Assembly (NCBI RefSeq): GCF_964204645.1
Contig: NC_134028.1
Location: forward strand, 9,982,001 to 10,046,000
Length of the DNA stretch: 64,000 bases
Source: Tubulanus polymorphus
Taxonomy: Eukaryota > Animalia > Nemertea
Reading direction: 5' to 3'
Each line of letters begins with the position of its first letter. The stretch's first letter is position 1. This document shows positions 12,014 through 23,763 of the stretch, piece after piece. A program made the position numbers and the translations under genes. The notes beneath the pieces are model-generated. The model was not told the DNA's origin and did no database searches. It was given only the letters and a program-made list of their open reading frames with translations.

Positions 12014-13071
12014 GGCCATCCAAAAATAATTGTCTGTTTGCCGTAACACCGACTCAACTTTTCAGGATGAGTCGGTAGGTAGGTAGAAATGTTTTTTGCA
12101 AAACTTTTGGGCAAAAAAAACCCCAAATCTTTTCTACATGGAAACAATATCGCAAAAAATCATCTACGTTGTGCACGGGAAATTTGTCTAAAAGCGTAGA
12201 TTTGAAGAATTATTCTAAAATTATAACTTCGTCCAGAGCGTCATCTCTGTGCTAAAATGAAAAAGTACATTGAATATGTGCGCGCTTTTACGTTTGTCAC
12301 CCTGATATAAAATGCAAATTTTATAATCATATAGATCTACAATGCCATATCGAACAGTTCATAATATTTCATAGCTCTACTACATATTAATAATAATAAT
12401 GACAATAATAGTAATAATAATATAATGTAATATAACTTATGACCATAGTGTCAATATGTGCTTTATCGTTTTCAACAAGTCAGACTACTCAATATGTATT
12501 CAAAGTAATTAGCTATAGTCAGTGGTCATCGATAATTAATTAATGTCTCTCAAACATGTCACTAGGTGTTTATTTGTGAGTCCTGATGTCTACAACTTGT
12601 CTGACACCTAGTTCTCACATTATACTTATGATTCTGTATATAAAGACAACGTTAAGTTATGATAACCATTCTCATTCCGGGATGCAATAAAGATTGTACA
12701 TATAAGGGTTAACTGCCTTGTTGTTCCCGATGGATGGAATCCTGTACCGCTGGTGTAAATGCTAGTTCCCCAGCCAGCCTGCCGATACAACAACCAGCTG
12801 GTTACACGTTACCAGCTTTAATATAGTCAATATTATTAGAATGAATGGCAGCTTATTGGAACACTGCCAGTTTCCTGGAAAACTTTTTTATCAAAAATTA
12901 AATTTTTTTCAATGAATCCCAGAAAAACGTTTTCACTCGGTACCTTTGAAGTCGGGTCGGTCGGGTTACGGCAAACTGACCATTATTTTGGGATGAAGAA
13001 CGTTTTCACTCGGTACCTTTGAAGTCGGGTCGGTCGGGTTACGACAAACAGACCATTATTTTGGGATGGCC
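12014..13071. mobile_element. Non-autonomous PIF/Harbinger-type TIR element (MITE-like)
   Basis: ~40-bp imperfect TIRs (ggccatccaaaaataat... / ...attattttgggatggcc) with TAA on both sides. The right end is tandemly duplicated (~74 bp, 12924-13071). Confidence 0.7.
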
Positions 13072-13642
13072 TAAAATTCATATGATGTCACATATCAGAG
13101 GGTGGCTGAATATTGTCCAATGTTGGCCGCGGAAGCTAAAATACTGGTACAGAAGAAAACGGCTATTAGATCGTTTTAAATCCTGGAAATTACCACTACA
13201 ATAATAAGACCTCGACAGACCTCATAGTTTGCTGCCTAGTATTTTCACAGTCACAAGAAATTACAATTTATTGAAAATTCTATCGAACAGAAAACACAGT
13301 GCTCATCTGCTACGATTATTCAGCCTATTTTCATGTCAAACATGCACGCGTTACAGCATCACCCTTAGTAGTGTACTGTACGAGCTTGTGTGTCGTGTAG
13401 CACTCCGCGCGCACGTGTAGGCCTCGTGTAAGTGAATATTCGCTTACACCTCAATGTCAATCAAAACAATCACTGGGTATTAAAATGAAACAATACATAT
13501 GGCGGATGTGTGAAATAATTACATCCTCACCAGCAATGAGCATTTGAAATTCGCACGTATACGGCACTTAGTCCAATGAAACGTACGTCATTCTATGGCT
13601 TTCCCATAATTATTTTAGTTGCGCCGGGATTCCCCGTATATC

Positions 13643-13712
13643 AGTAATTGGAAGATGTGGGTTTCAGATGAAAGGGCGAGAGGGCGAGACACCACTCATC
13701 ACCACAAGTAAT
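13643..13712 (+). repeat. Left TIR of copy B
   Basis: agtaattggaagatgtgggtttcagat...gagacaccactcatcaccacaag; inverse of 30396-30463. Confidence 0.9.
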
Positions 13713-13727
13713 TTTTTTTCCTAATAA

Positions 13728-16700
13728 ATGGGGGAGAATGAACACCAACCAGAAAATAATAATGTTAATAAAAATCAATATTATTGCACATATTGTAAAA
13801 GATACATCGATACATCTCATAAAACACGACATGAAAAAACTGCAAATCATATAAAAAATGTAATAGATTTTTAAACTCCAGAAAATTCCAATGAAAGAAA
13901 TGAAAGATTAGAAAATATGAATGTGGATGAAATAAAATGTGAAGTTTGTATTGAATTTATAGTAAAAAGGAATTATATTAGACATCTCGAATCACAAAAA
14001 CACCATCAAAATTTGAGTAATAATGTTTTAGGAAAAGATTATTTTGATGATAAACCTCAAAAAGTAAAAAAAAAACCAACTTCAAAAACTAAATCCATTT
14101 CAAATAAACCTTACATGGAAAATGTTAGAAATTATATTGATTCACTAGAAATAAAAGATACAATTGAAATTTTAGAAACATTACATAGTAAAATTGGTCC
14201 TGCAGCTATTATATTTAGATTTTTTAAAGGTACAACAATAGAAGATTATAGTAAATTTAATGAAATAATAGAAAAAATACTAGATTTGATAACAGATGTT
14301 GAATATCCAAAAATTAGAATCTCTGGGAAAGTAAGTTTTATAAAGTCAGAAGAAAAATGAATTATAATATTCAAACACTTTCTGAAGAAATAATTTCAAA
14401 AACACAAATAAAAGAGAAGTTCGAAAAAATATTTAATGAATTTAAACGTCATATTGAAGAAAGGTATTTTGAGGGTTCTGACTTAACATTGAACGAAATT
14501 ATATATTTAGATTTAAATGTTTATAATACAAAAAGGAATAAAACATCAAAAAGTAATAAATTGTTTAAAGATAATTCAAACTTTACAACAGAAAAGGATA
14601 TTAAAGCATCATCTTATATTAAATTACCATTTACAACAAAAGCAGTAATAAATGTTCAAAATGAAGATAATAAATGTTTTCTATGGTCAATTATTAGTTG
14701 CTTACATCCAACACAGGAAAATGTTTGTAGAATAACAGATTATCGGAAATATGAAACATTATATAGAATTGATCAATATCCAGTAACTATAAAAATGATT
14801 CCTAAAATAGAAAAAGTTAATAATTTAAAAATAAATATTAAAGATTATACATTGGAAGCTTTATATTTAACAGAATATTATGATGATGAAAATGCTATAG
14901 ATTTGTTATATTATAAAAAAGATGAAAATGAACATTATATGTGGTTAAAACAAATTGATTTACTCTTTAGAACAGAAAGTGATCATCATCGTAAAAATTT
15001 ATCTATGCAGAAAATGTTTATCTAAATTTATGACTGAGAATACATTATTAAAACATAAAGAATTATGTGATAATAAAGATTTTTGTAAATTAATAATGCC
15101 AACAAAAAAGATTGTAAGTTGAAATTTACTAATCATAAATTTAAGAATATTGTTCCATTTGTAATTTATGGGGATTTCGAATCGTTGAATAAAGAATTAA
15201 CTGATCAAGATAGAAAAGAAATATATAACAAAAAGCAATTATTAAAATCAATGGATAAAGGAAATGAATTAAATGAAGACACAACACAAGACCCACCAAT
15301 TATAAATACAATTAAAAAAGTTCACCAAAGAGCTGCTGCTTATGGAATTTACATTAAATCAAATTATCCTGAATTATATGAAAGTCAATATATTTCTTTT
15401 AGAGGTGAAAATGTAGTTAATGCTTTTTGTAACAAAATGATTGAATTAGAAAGTGATTTTGCAAAATTATTAAACAAAAATAAAAGAATAGTTATGACAA
15501 AAGAAGATGAAATTGATTTTAATTATGCAACTCATTGTTTTTATTGTGAAAAACGTTTTTATTCATTTGATAAAAAAGTTAGAGATCATGATCATTTAAA
15601 TTCATAAATATCGTGGAGCTGCTCATGAAGATTGCAATTTACAAGCTAAGAAAGTTAATTTCGTACCAATATTATTTCATAATTTATCAGGCTATGATAC
15701 CCATCTATTTATAAAACAATTATCGGCAAAATTTGGCGCAATTAATCAAGAAATGGGAGAATATTATGCTATGAATGGTGTAAATGTAAGAAAATATGAT
15801 TTTAAACTATTAGCTAAAACATCTGAAAATTATATTTCATTTCAATTTGGTTGCATTAGATTTTTAGATTCTTATAGATTTCTAGCAAGTTCATTAGATA
15901 ATTTATCAAAAAGTTTAGTTGATAATGATGTTGTTATAACTCGATATTATTATCCAAATGAACAAGATTTTAAATTATTGAGATAGAAAGGTGCAATTCC
16001 TTATTCATTTTATAAAACACACAATGATTTTAATGTAACAGAATTATTAAAAGATCAATTTTATGATCAATTAAAAGAGGAGTATGTGAAAGATGAAGTG
16101 TTTAATGGAACATTAAATATTTGGAACCATTTTAAGATGAAAAATCATGTTGAATTAGTTGATTTATATTTAAAATCAGATGTTATGATATTGGCTGACA
16201 TATTTGAAAAATTTAGAGAAGTTAATTTGAATCATTTCAATGTTGATCCTTGTTATTGTTATTCAAGTCCTTGTTTAACCTGGCAATGTGGTTTAAAATA
16301 TACAAATGTAGAATTGGATTTATTAAAAGAACCGGACATGGTTTTATTATTTGAAAAATCAATTAGAGGTGGAATTAGTGTTATGGGAGATAGATATTTT
16401 AAAGCAAATGGTGAATATAAATTATTATATATTGACGCTAATAATTTACATGGTTGGGCAATGATGCAACCTCAACCATATAAAAATTTTATATTAACAG
16501 AAGTTGAAAATGATGATAAAACTAATTGGGAAAGCGCAATTATGAGTTTAGAAGATGAAGCACCAATTGGTTATTTCTTTGTAGTTGATTTAGAATATCC
16601 TGAAAATATAAAGTTTAAAACAAGAAACTTACCTTATTGCCCAGAACATTTAACTGTAGATGATAGTTATTTAAGTGAATACCAGAAGAAAATAAAACCG

Positions 16701-18749
16701 AAAGATCATGTTTTTACAGAAAAATTAATACTTACTCAAAATAATAAATACAATTATATTGTTCATTATAGAATGTTAAAATTTCATCTAAAACAAAGAA
16801 TGAAATTAAAGAAAGTACATAGATATATTGAATTTAATCAATCGAAGTGGTTAGAAAAATACATAGATTTCAATACTCAACAGAGAACCATATCAAAAAC
16901 AGATTTCGAAAAAGATTTTTTTAAATTAATGAACAATAGTTTTTATGGTAAAACATGTGAAAATATTAGAAATAGAAATGATATTGAATTAGTAAATAAT
17001 TCTGAACGATTAAGGCATTTACAATCAAGCCCTAGACATTTAGGAAATAAAAGATTCGAAGATTATTTAGCAGCAGTTCAATTAAAAAGAACGTCAATGA
17101 AATTTAATAAACCTATATTCATTGGTTCAACTGTTTTAGAAGTATCCAAATTATTAATGTATGATTTTTATTATAATGTTTTACAACCACTTTTTGGGGA
17201 AAAGCATATTGAAATATTATATTTTGATTCTGTAACAGCTGACACCCCAATATTATTAAAATGTAATGATAACATATTGATAAGAAGAATTTCAGAAATA
17301 ATTCCAAAACAAAATGAATGGTGAGATTTCATATGGTGAAATAAAATTAATACAAATAAATGGATAAATGGATGTATGGACAAGAAATGGATGGATAAAA
17401 TTAAAGAATATTATTAGGCATAAAACAAATAAGAAAATCTATAGAGTTAGAACTAAATTAGGGTTCGTTGATGTTACAGAAGATCATAGTTTAATTAAAC
17501 GAAATGGCGATGAAATAAAACCAACTGATATAAAAATTGGAGACGAATTATTACATAAAAGATTTTTCCAAAGAATGAATCATATGTCATTTGATGAAAT
17601 AATTGATAATATTTATAACATAGAACCCGAAACATAAGCAGAAAAAGAATATTTTATCAAAGGATTTGTCATGGGAGATGGTTCAGCAGGTGTGTATAAA
17701 TATGTTTGGGGTAATAAATATTGTTGGTATTTATGCAATCAAGATTTGATATTATTAGAAAGAATAAAGAAATATTGTGAAGAAGTTTATCCAAATAAAA
17801 CATTTAAAATCATGGATGTTATGAAATCATCAGCAGTTTATAGAATACTTGTAAATAATCCAAAAGATTTTGCTATAAAATATAATGATGAATTCTATAT
17901 TCATGCAATAGTGAAAAGTAATACTTCAACAAAAGAAAAGATAGTTCCAGATTATGTATTAAATGCAAAAAATAATTTAAGAAAATGGTTCTTCATTGGA
18001 TTCTATGCAGCAGATGGTGCTAAACAATTTACAAAGGATAAAACGATAACCTTTGCACAGAAAGGAAAAGTTGCTATATCAGGGTTAAATATATTATGTA
18101 ATTCATTAGGCTTCAATATGAATATTGGATTTATTAAATCTAAACCAAATTGTTTTAATCTAAGCCACACAGAAAAAGATTTAACTGAAGAAGTTAAAGA
18201 TTTATTTGAAATACATAACCCATCAGATTATGTTTATGATTTATCAACTGAAGATGGTACAATTAACAGTGGATTTCCATTAATTTGCTTCAATACTGAC
18301 AGTTACATACTAAAAATCAAGACAAATGACATAACGAAAGACTTAAAAACATTAAAACATCATTTTGATTTTAGCAATTATCCCAAAGATCATGAACTAT
18401 TTAGCAATGATAATAAAAAGATTCGTGGTAAGTTTAAAGATGAATTAGGGGGTGATGAAATGATTGAATTTGTTGGGATAAGAAGTAAAATGTATAGTTA
18501 TAGAACAAAAGATCATGAAGCTAAAAAGTTAAAAGGAATAACAAAACATGTGGTTGATAAACATATAGAATTTCAAGATTATATAAAGGTTTATATAAAT
18601 CAATTGTAATGAAACACAAAATGAATTGTTTAAGATCAGAAGATCACGAGATGTACATTAATGAAGTTGGAAAAACTAGTTTGAATCCATTTGATGATAA
18701 AAGGCATATTTTAGATGATGGTATAAAAACATTACCTTATGGTCATTAA
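13728..18749 (+). pseudogene. pPolB: Protein-primed PolB with N-terminal zinc fingers, vOTU-like and EndoVII-like domains, and intein (copy B, disrupted)
   Basis: Same Exo/Pol motifs as copy A; DNKCFLWS...HYMW; CFYC...RDHDH...YRGAAHEDCN; YFD-[intein]-TDS. Confidence 0.95.
17229..18294 (+). mobile_element. Intein with LAGLIDADG homing endonuclease (copy B, disrupted)
   Basis: YFD|SVTADTP...VTEDH...GFVMGDGS...GFYAADG...YVYDLST...FPLICFN|TDS; excision restores YFDTDS. Confidence 0.95.
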
Positions 18750-20062
18750 AACATAAAATCAATATCATCATACTCGAAATCACTATTGGCTTCTTCATTT
18801 TCATTTAATTGTTTAGGTTCTTCTTCCATTTCATTTTCTCATTTAAATAAAGTTCTATCTTGTTCCACATTTCATCTCGCTCTCTTTGTTTCTTTTTGTT
18901 TGTTAATTCATCAAATGGAATTATAATATCTATGTTTAAATAATTTACAATCTTATTTAAAAATAATTCATAATTTATTGAATCTGTTATTCTATTTCCC
19001 AAATGATACATTAATATTTGTTTGAATATTTTTTAAAATATTTTTCATATCTTCTTCTGTTAATTTAGGTTTTTCATAATAATCGTTAAATAATAAATAT
19101 AAATACATTTTCTTTTGTTTTGTGTTAAATGTTGATGGAATAATTGTTTTTATAATATCTTTTTTAGTTATTTCACCATTTTTATTTTCTATTATTTTCA
19201 TTTTTTCAAGCCATTGCATATATTCTGGTGTATGATCTTCTATAGAAAATATTTTAAAAATTTCATCTAGATAATTCAATTTTGGATCTGTGAGAAAATT
19301 TCTAGTTTTTTCTTCACCCAAAAAATTCTTTTGCCATCCACATTCATTACAAAATAACACAGTACCTTCTTGTCTTAAGGTCGCATAACTACATTGTGGA
19401 CATTTTCGTTTATGATTTATTGGTAATAGATCTTAACTAAGCTCTTGGTATTTTCTTACGTTTTCTTTATGTTTTATTGTTCTATTATGTAGATTTGAAT
19501 TACTTGTTGTAATAATCAATTTACAATATTTACAATAATATGTTTTTCTTGTTAATTCATTATATTGTTTTTCTAACTTTTCAACTGTTTCTTTATTATC
19601 TGGTAACGTTTTCTCATATTTTATTTTTTCTAATAAATTATTTTTTCTTTCATTGAATTCAGTTTCAAATTTATTAGAAATTTTATCTATATGTGCTTTA
19701 CGAAATTGATGATTTTCCCAATCTTCTATATTTTCAGGGCTATATTTTACTTGACAAGGCTCACAGATATGATCTTTTATATTATCCTTATCATAGAATA
19801 AGAAAGGTCTTTTCCAAATAACTTCAGGTTCAACTTCAGCAGAATTACTATTACTTTCATTACTATCAACATTAGCCGTTGTGTCGTTAATTTTACACTT
19901 CTCTGAATGTTTTTTAACATAATTTCTTGAGAATAATTTATTACATTTTGGGCAGTTTAGTTTAGGGGGTTTATAATTTTCTTCATGTTTTTTCATATGT
20001 CGAGCCATATAACTTTTTCTTAGAAGTTCACCACAAATTTCGCATGCTATCTTCTCATCCAT
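18746..20062 (-). pseudogene. C2H2 zinc-finger / VLTF3-like fusion (copy B, disrupted)
   Basis: ORF 19433-20062 (four CxxC..H fingers) continues past a GAA>TAA stop into the zinc-ribbon/VLTF3-like part. Its stop overlaps the pPolB stop (TTAA). Confidence 0.65.
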
Positions 20063-20130
20063 TTATTAAGGAAAAATTTTATTAAAATTAATTTTTAGTG
20101 ATGAGCGGTAATTTTTTTATGTTATAAATA
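20063..20130. promoter_or_regulatory. Divergent promoter region between the ZnF-VLTF3 gene and penton
   Basis: T-run then TAAATG on the minus strand; T-run then TAAATAATG on the plus strand; conserved in copy A (5080-5150). Confidence 0.55.
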
Positions 20131-20890
20131 ATGGTAGAATTAAAAGAATACAGAATATTTGTTGATTCTAGAAAACTTACAAATCATAAATCTTATAATT
20201 TACTAGTACAATTAGATAGAGAATTCAAGAATTGTGTTGATTTAAAATTAGTAAATATAAGTTTATGTAATTCTTTTTATAATATATCAGATAAAACTAT
20301 TGAAGATAATACTGTTTTAATTCATATTAGAAATGTAGATAAATGGTTTCATCTAATTTTAAAACCAGGATTATATAATTTAGAAACATTAGCTCAAGAA
20401 AGTAATAGAAGAGCACGGTTGAAAATTAGAAGTGAAGATAAATTTTTAATTAGATTTATAAAAAATGATAGCACAAATAAAATTAAAATAAAGTTACATG
20501 ATGAAAGTCAACATGCATTTATGGTAAAAAAAAACCCATAGCTAAACTGTTAGGAATAGTACCAGATACTGTTACAGGAAACGTAGATGGTAATTCAAAT
20601 ATAATACCTTTTACACACTTTTATATTTATTGCAATTTAATCGAGCCTACAAAAACTTTCGAAGCAACTAAAGATACAATTTGTAATTCTAGTATATTAA
20701 ATATTTTACCATTAAAAATGTTAAACAATTTGGAACGCAAATAACTTATAATTTAGCTGAATGTGATTTTAAACCTTGTATTCCTCAATTTCATAATTTT
20801 GAATTAGAAATAAGAAATCACAATGGATACTTAATTGATTTGAATAACTTTCCTGTAATTTATGAGTTAGTTATAAGATGTAAAGAGTAA
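20131..20890 (+). pseudogene. Minor capsid protein (penton), frameshifted
   Basis: Homologue of 4342-5079; frameshift in the A-run near 20530. Confidence 0.8.
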
Positions 20891-20906
20891 TTTTTTCACT
20901 ATATAA

Positions 20907-21264
20907 ATGAATATAACTGTTGGGCCGAGTATATGTTTTGGGTTTGATTTTAAACATGAGAAAGAAATGAAATTTAACATTAATGATGTAATTACACATA
21001 TCAAAAATATTACATTTTCTAATGAAACAACATTTGAGTATGAAAAAACAATAGATAAAGAAACTTTTAATGTAGAAAAGATTACTAATTTAATTAGAGA
21101 ATCTTTAAGATTTTATGAATTAGATGAAGATTTTATCATCGATGATATTAAAAAAAATAATAATTGAAATATATACAAATGAAACTAGTAATGAAATAAA
21201 TGTTGATTTAATCATCACTAAGATAACTAAATATTTTGATGATAGTAATTTTTTTGATAAATAA
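20907..21264 (+). pseudogene. ~118-aa hypothetical protein, frameshifted
   Basis: Matches the intact ORF 44029-44385. Confidence 0.75.
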
Positions 21265-21486
21265 ATGAGTGATAATAAGTGGATAATGACTGGATTATAT
21301 AATGGCGCATTACTATCAGTTGGAACAGTTGGTTATTCAATGGTATTAAAAAAAGTATTCAAAATGGGAAGTGTTAATGTTGATAGATTTGATATAAATG
21401 ATATCTTAAAATTAACGTTAGCAGTAACTTTATCTAATTTAACTATTGATTATTTAGAAAAACAAAAATATATTCCTCCCATATAA
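21265..21486 (+). CDS. 73-aa small hydrophobic (membrane) protein
   Basis: Intact and conserved in three copies; two hydrophobic stretches. Confidence 0.75.
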   Translation: MSDNKWIMTGLYNGALLSVGTVGYSMVLKKVFKMGSVNVDRFDINDILKLTLAVTLSNLTIDYLEKQKYIPPI

Positions 21487-21510
21487 ATGCGTAATTATTT
21501 TACTAAATAA

Positions 21511-21949
21511 ATGGCTTCTGCAGTTATAACTATTATAGGATCAGCAATTGTTAACGCTTTAGCATTTACTGGTGGTGGATATTTATTTAAACATATTGAT
21601 AAAAATGGATCATTAACAGAACAAAAAAGACTTAAGCATTAGAGAATATAATAAAGCATTAGAGAAATATAATTAAGCAGCAGAAGAATATAGAGAAAAG
21701 AGGCAAAACTATATGGATTATATTAACAAGGAATTATATGATCAGAAGATTTCACATAGAGATTTTCAATCAGTTGATGATGCAATGAGTTTATATAACG
21801 CGGTAACAAATAAAGAAAAATTACATCTACATAAACCTACAATATCAGATTATTATACCCCAAGTAATGAACAGAAGAAATATGAAATGATATGGATTTT
21901 AGGCGGAACTGTTATTGTTATATTTGTAGCATATAGATTTACTAATTAG
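21511..21949 (+). pseudogene. 139-aa membrane protein homologue, disrupted
   Basis: Matches 3300-3719; small local duplication near 21635-21675. Confidence 0.75.
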
Positions 21950-21969
21950 TAATTTTTTTTGCTAAATAA

Positions 21970-22405
21970 ATGGAAGATAAAGTAGTTGATAATATTGATA
22001 TTATTCCTCATGATATAAATAAAACTAAATTAAAAATATATTTAGAAAAACAAATATTAGAATTTGAAAGTGATTAAAAGTTAAAAAGAAAAAATATTTA
22101 AAATCTAAAATTATATATTATTTGATTATAAGTGGTTCGGTTACAATTAGTTCTGTAATAACATTTTTAGCAATATTCAGTCCATTAACACCTTTAGCTA
22201 TATCAATTGGTGTGTTAGGATTAAGTTCAAGTGTTTTAACTGGTATAAGTTCAAAATTGAATATAAAAAGTAATAAAGAAAAATTAAAACTAATATAAAA
22301 GAAATTAATAAATTAAAGAATACACTAGATTATATAATAAGTTTAAATGGTCATATAACAGTTGAAGAACAAGATAAATTATAAAAAGAATTAATAAATT
22401 ATTAA
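21970..22405 (+). pseudogene. 144-aa two-TM protein homologue, disrupted
   Basis: Matches 2845-3279 with stops/frameshifts. Confidence 0.75.
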
Positions 22406-22421
22406 TTTTTTAGTTATATAA

Positions 22422-23747
22422 ATGGTAGATAGTTTTCCAAAAGCTTTCCAATATAATAAATCAATTAAATATAATATTCCAGCAATAGATTTTAATAAAG
22501 ATATTACATATAGAAATGAAGTTTTAAATTCATTAATTGATTTATATATTTATGTTACTGAAAGTAATAATTTTCATGTTAAGATGGAAAATATATTTCA
22601 TGTGTATACAATTAATTTCAAAAATTTAAATGAGGCAAAACAGTGGTTATTAAAATCTAATATGAAGAATTGGCAGAACCAATTAAATTTTGCTGTTTAT
22701 TGCGCAACAAGAGGATGTGGAATTAGTTGGAATGATCATTTAAACAAACCAAGTTTACCATTGATGTTATCACTTTTTAGATTTCATACATATTTTCAAA
22801 TAAAATTAATATTAGATGAATTAGAATGTCCTTTACCAGGTTCAAAATATTTTAAAGAATTGAATAATAATGTTAATTCTTCTAAGTTTTATGAAATATG
22901 TAATGAATTTAATATTAATTCAAATAATGATTTTAGAGCAAAAATTGGAACAATGGGTGGATTAGGAATATTGTATACTAAAGAATTTGGAAAAATAATG
23001 ACAAATTCAGATATAAGAACACTAAATTGGAATGAATTACCAAAATATTATAATAATATACAACAAGAAAACAATAATGGTTGGGTTAGTTTCATTTTAG
23101 AAAATAGTGAAGGTTTTACAAAATCAGGTATACAAAGAATAAATCAATCTATTAGAACTTATTTGATATGTATTCTAGGTGCGCAAGTTGAAACAAGATC
23201 CCCAATAATTGGAAATGATAACACTTCATTTGATGCGCAGAAACAATTCAAAGTATTATTTGAAGATTCCATTCATAATGATAAAAATAGATCGATTCCA
23301 GAAAACATAGTTAGGTACCAAAATTATTTAGATAAATCACATATTAGATTAAATTATTGTATAGGCCCTAATCTATTTATTATTTCTAATGATTTAGTAT
23401 TAAAGATGGGAAATATAATTGGTTATAATAATCTAATTAAAACTGCAACAATAAATAATTCATTTGGGTTAAATGATATAAATAAAAAGATTATCACTGC
23501 TCCAAAATTAATGGAAGGTGAAAAAAATAAAAAACATATTCAATCAACTGAAACTAAAACTAAAAATATTAAATTAAATAATGATTCCAAAATAAAAGAT
23601 TACAATACTACAGAAAATATTAAAACTGATAATATTCAACATGATATAATCAAACTAAATGATGATAATAAATCCCATGAAAATACTAAATTAGCTTTAA
23701 CTTGTATAGGAATTGTTATAGGAGGAATATTATATTTTAAATTTTAA
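22422..23747 (+). CDS. 441-aa conserved element protein with C-terminal TM anchor (function unknown)
   Basis: Intact ORF; WQNQLNFAVYCATxGCGISW and RINQSIRTYLICILGAQ are conserved in all copies. Confidence 0.85.
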   Translation: MVDSFPKAFQYNKSIKYNIPAIDFNKDITYRNEVLNSLIDLYIYVTESNNFHVKMENIFHVYTINFKNLNEAKQWLLKSNMKNWQNQLNFAVYCATRGCGISWNDHLNKPSLPLMLSLFRFHTYFQIKLILDELECPLPGSKYFKELNNNVNSSKFYEICNEFNINSNNDFRAKIGTMGGLGILYTKEFGKIMTNSDIRTLNWNELPKYYNNIQQENNNGWVSFILENSEGFTKSGIQRINQSIRTYLICILGAQVETRSPIIGNDNTSFDAQKQFKVLFEDSIHNDKNRSIPENIVRYQNYLDKSHIRLNYCIGPNLFIISNDLVLKMGNIIGYNNLIKTATINNSFGLNDINKKIITAPKLMEGEKNKKHIQSTETKTKNIKLNNDSKIKDYNTTENIKTDNIQHDIIKLNDDNKSHENTKLALTCIGIVIGGILYFKF

Positions 23748-23763
23748 TTTTTTTATTATATAA

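Noticed and set aside
17229-18294. Group I intron or Hedgehog-type Hint domain as alternative explanation of the pPolB insertion
   Set aside because: The insertion is an in-frame multiple of three with N- and C-terminal splicing blocks, Asn|Thr at the junction and an embedded LAGLIDADG domain, which fits an intein.
6447-18749. Programmed frameshifting or split-gene expression of pPolB
   Set aside because: Breaks occur at different positions in each copy, mostly in homopolymer runs, consistent with decay or sequencing indels.
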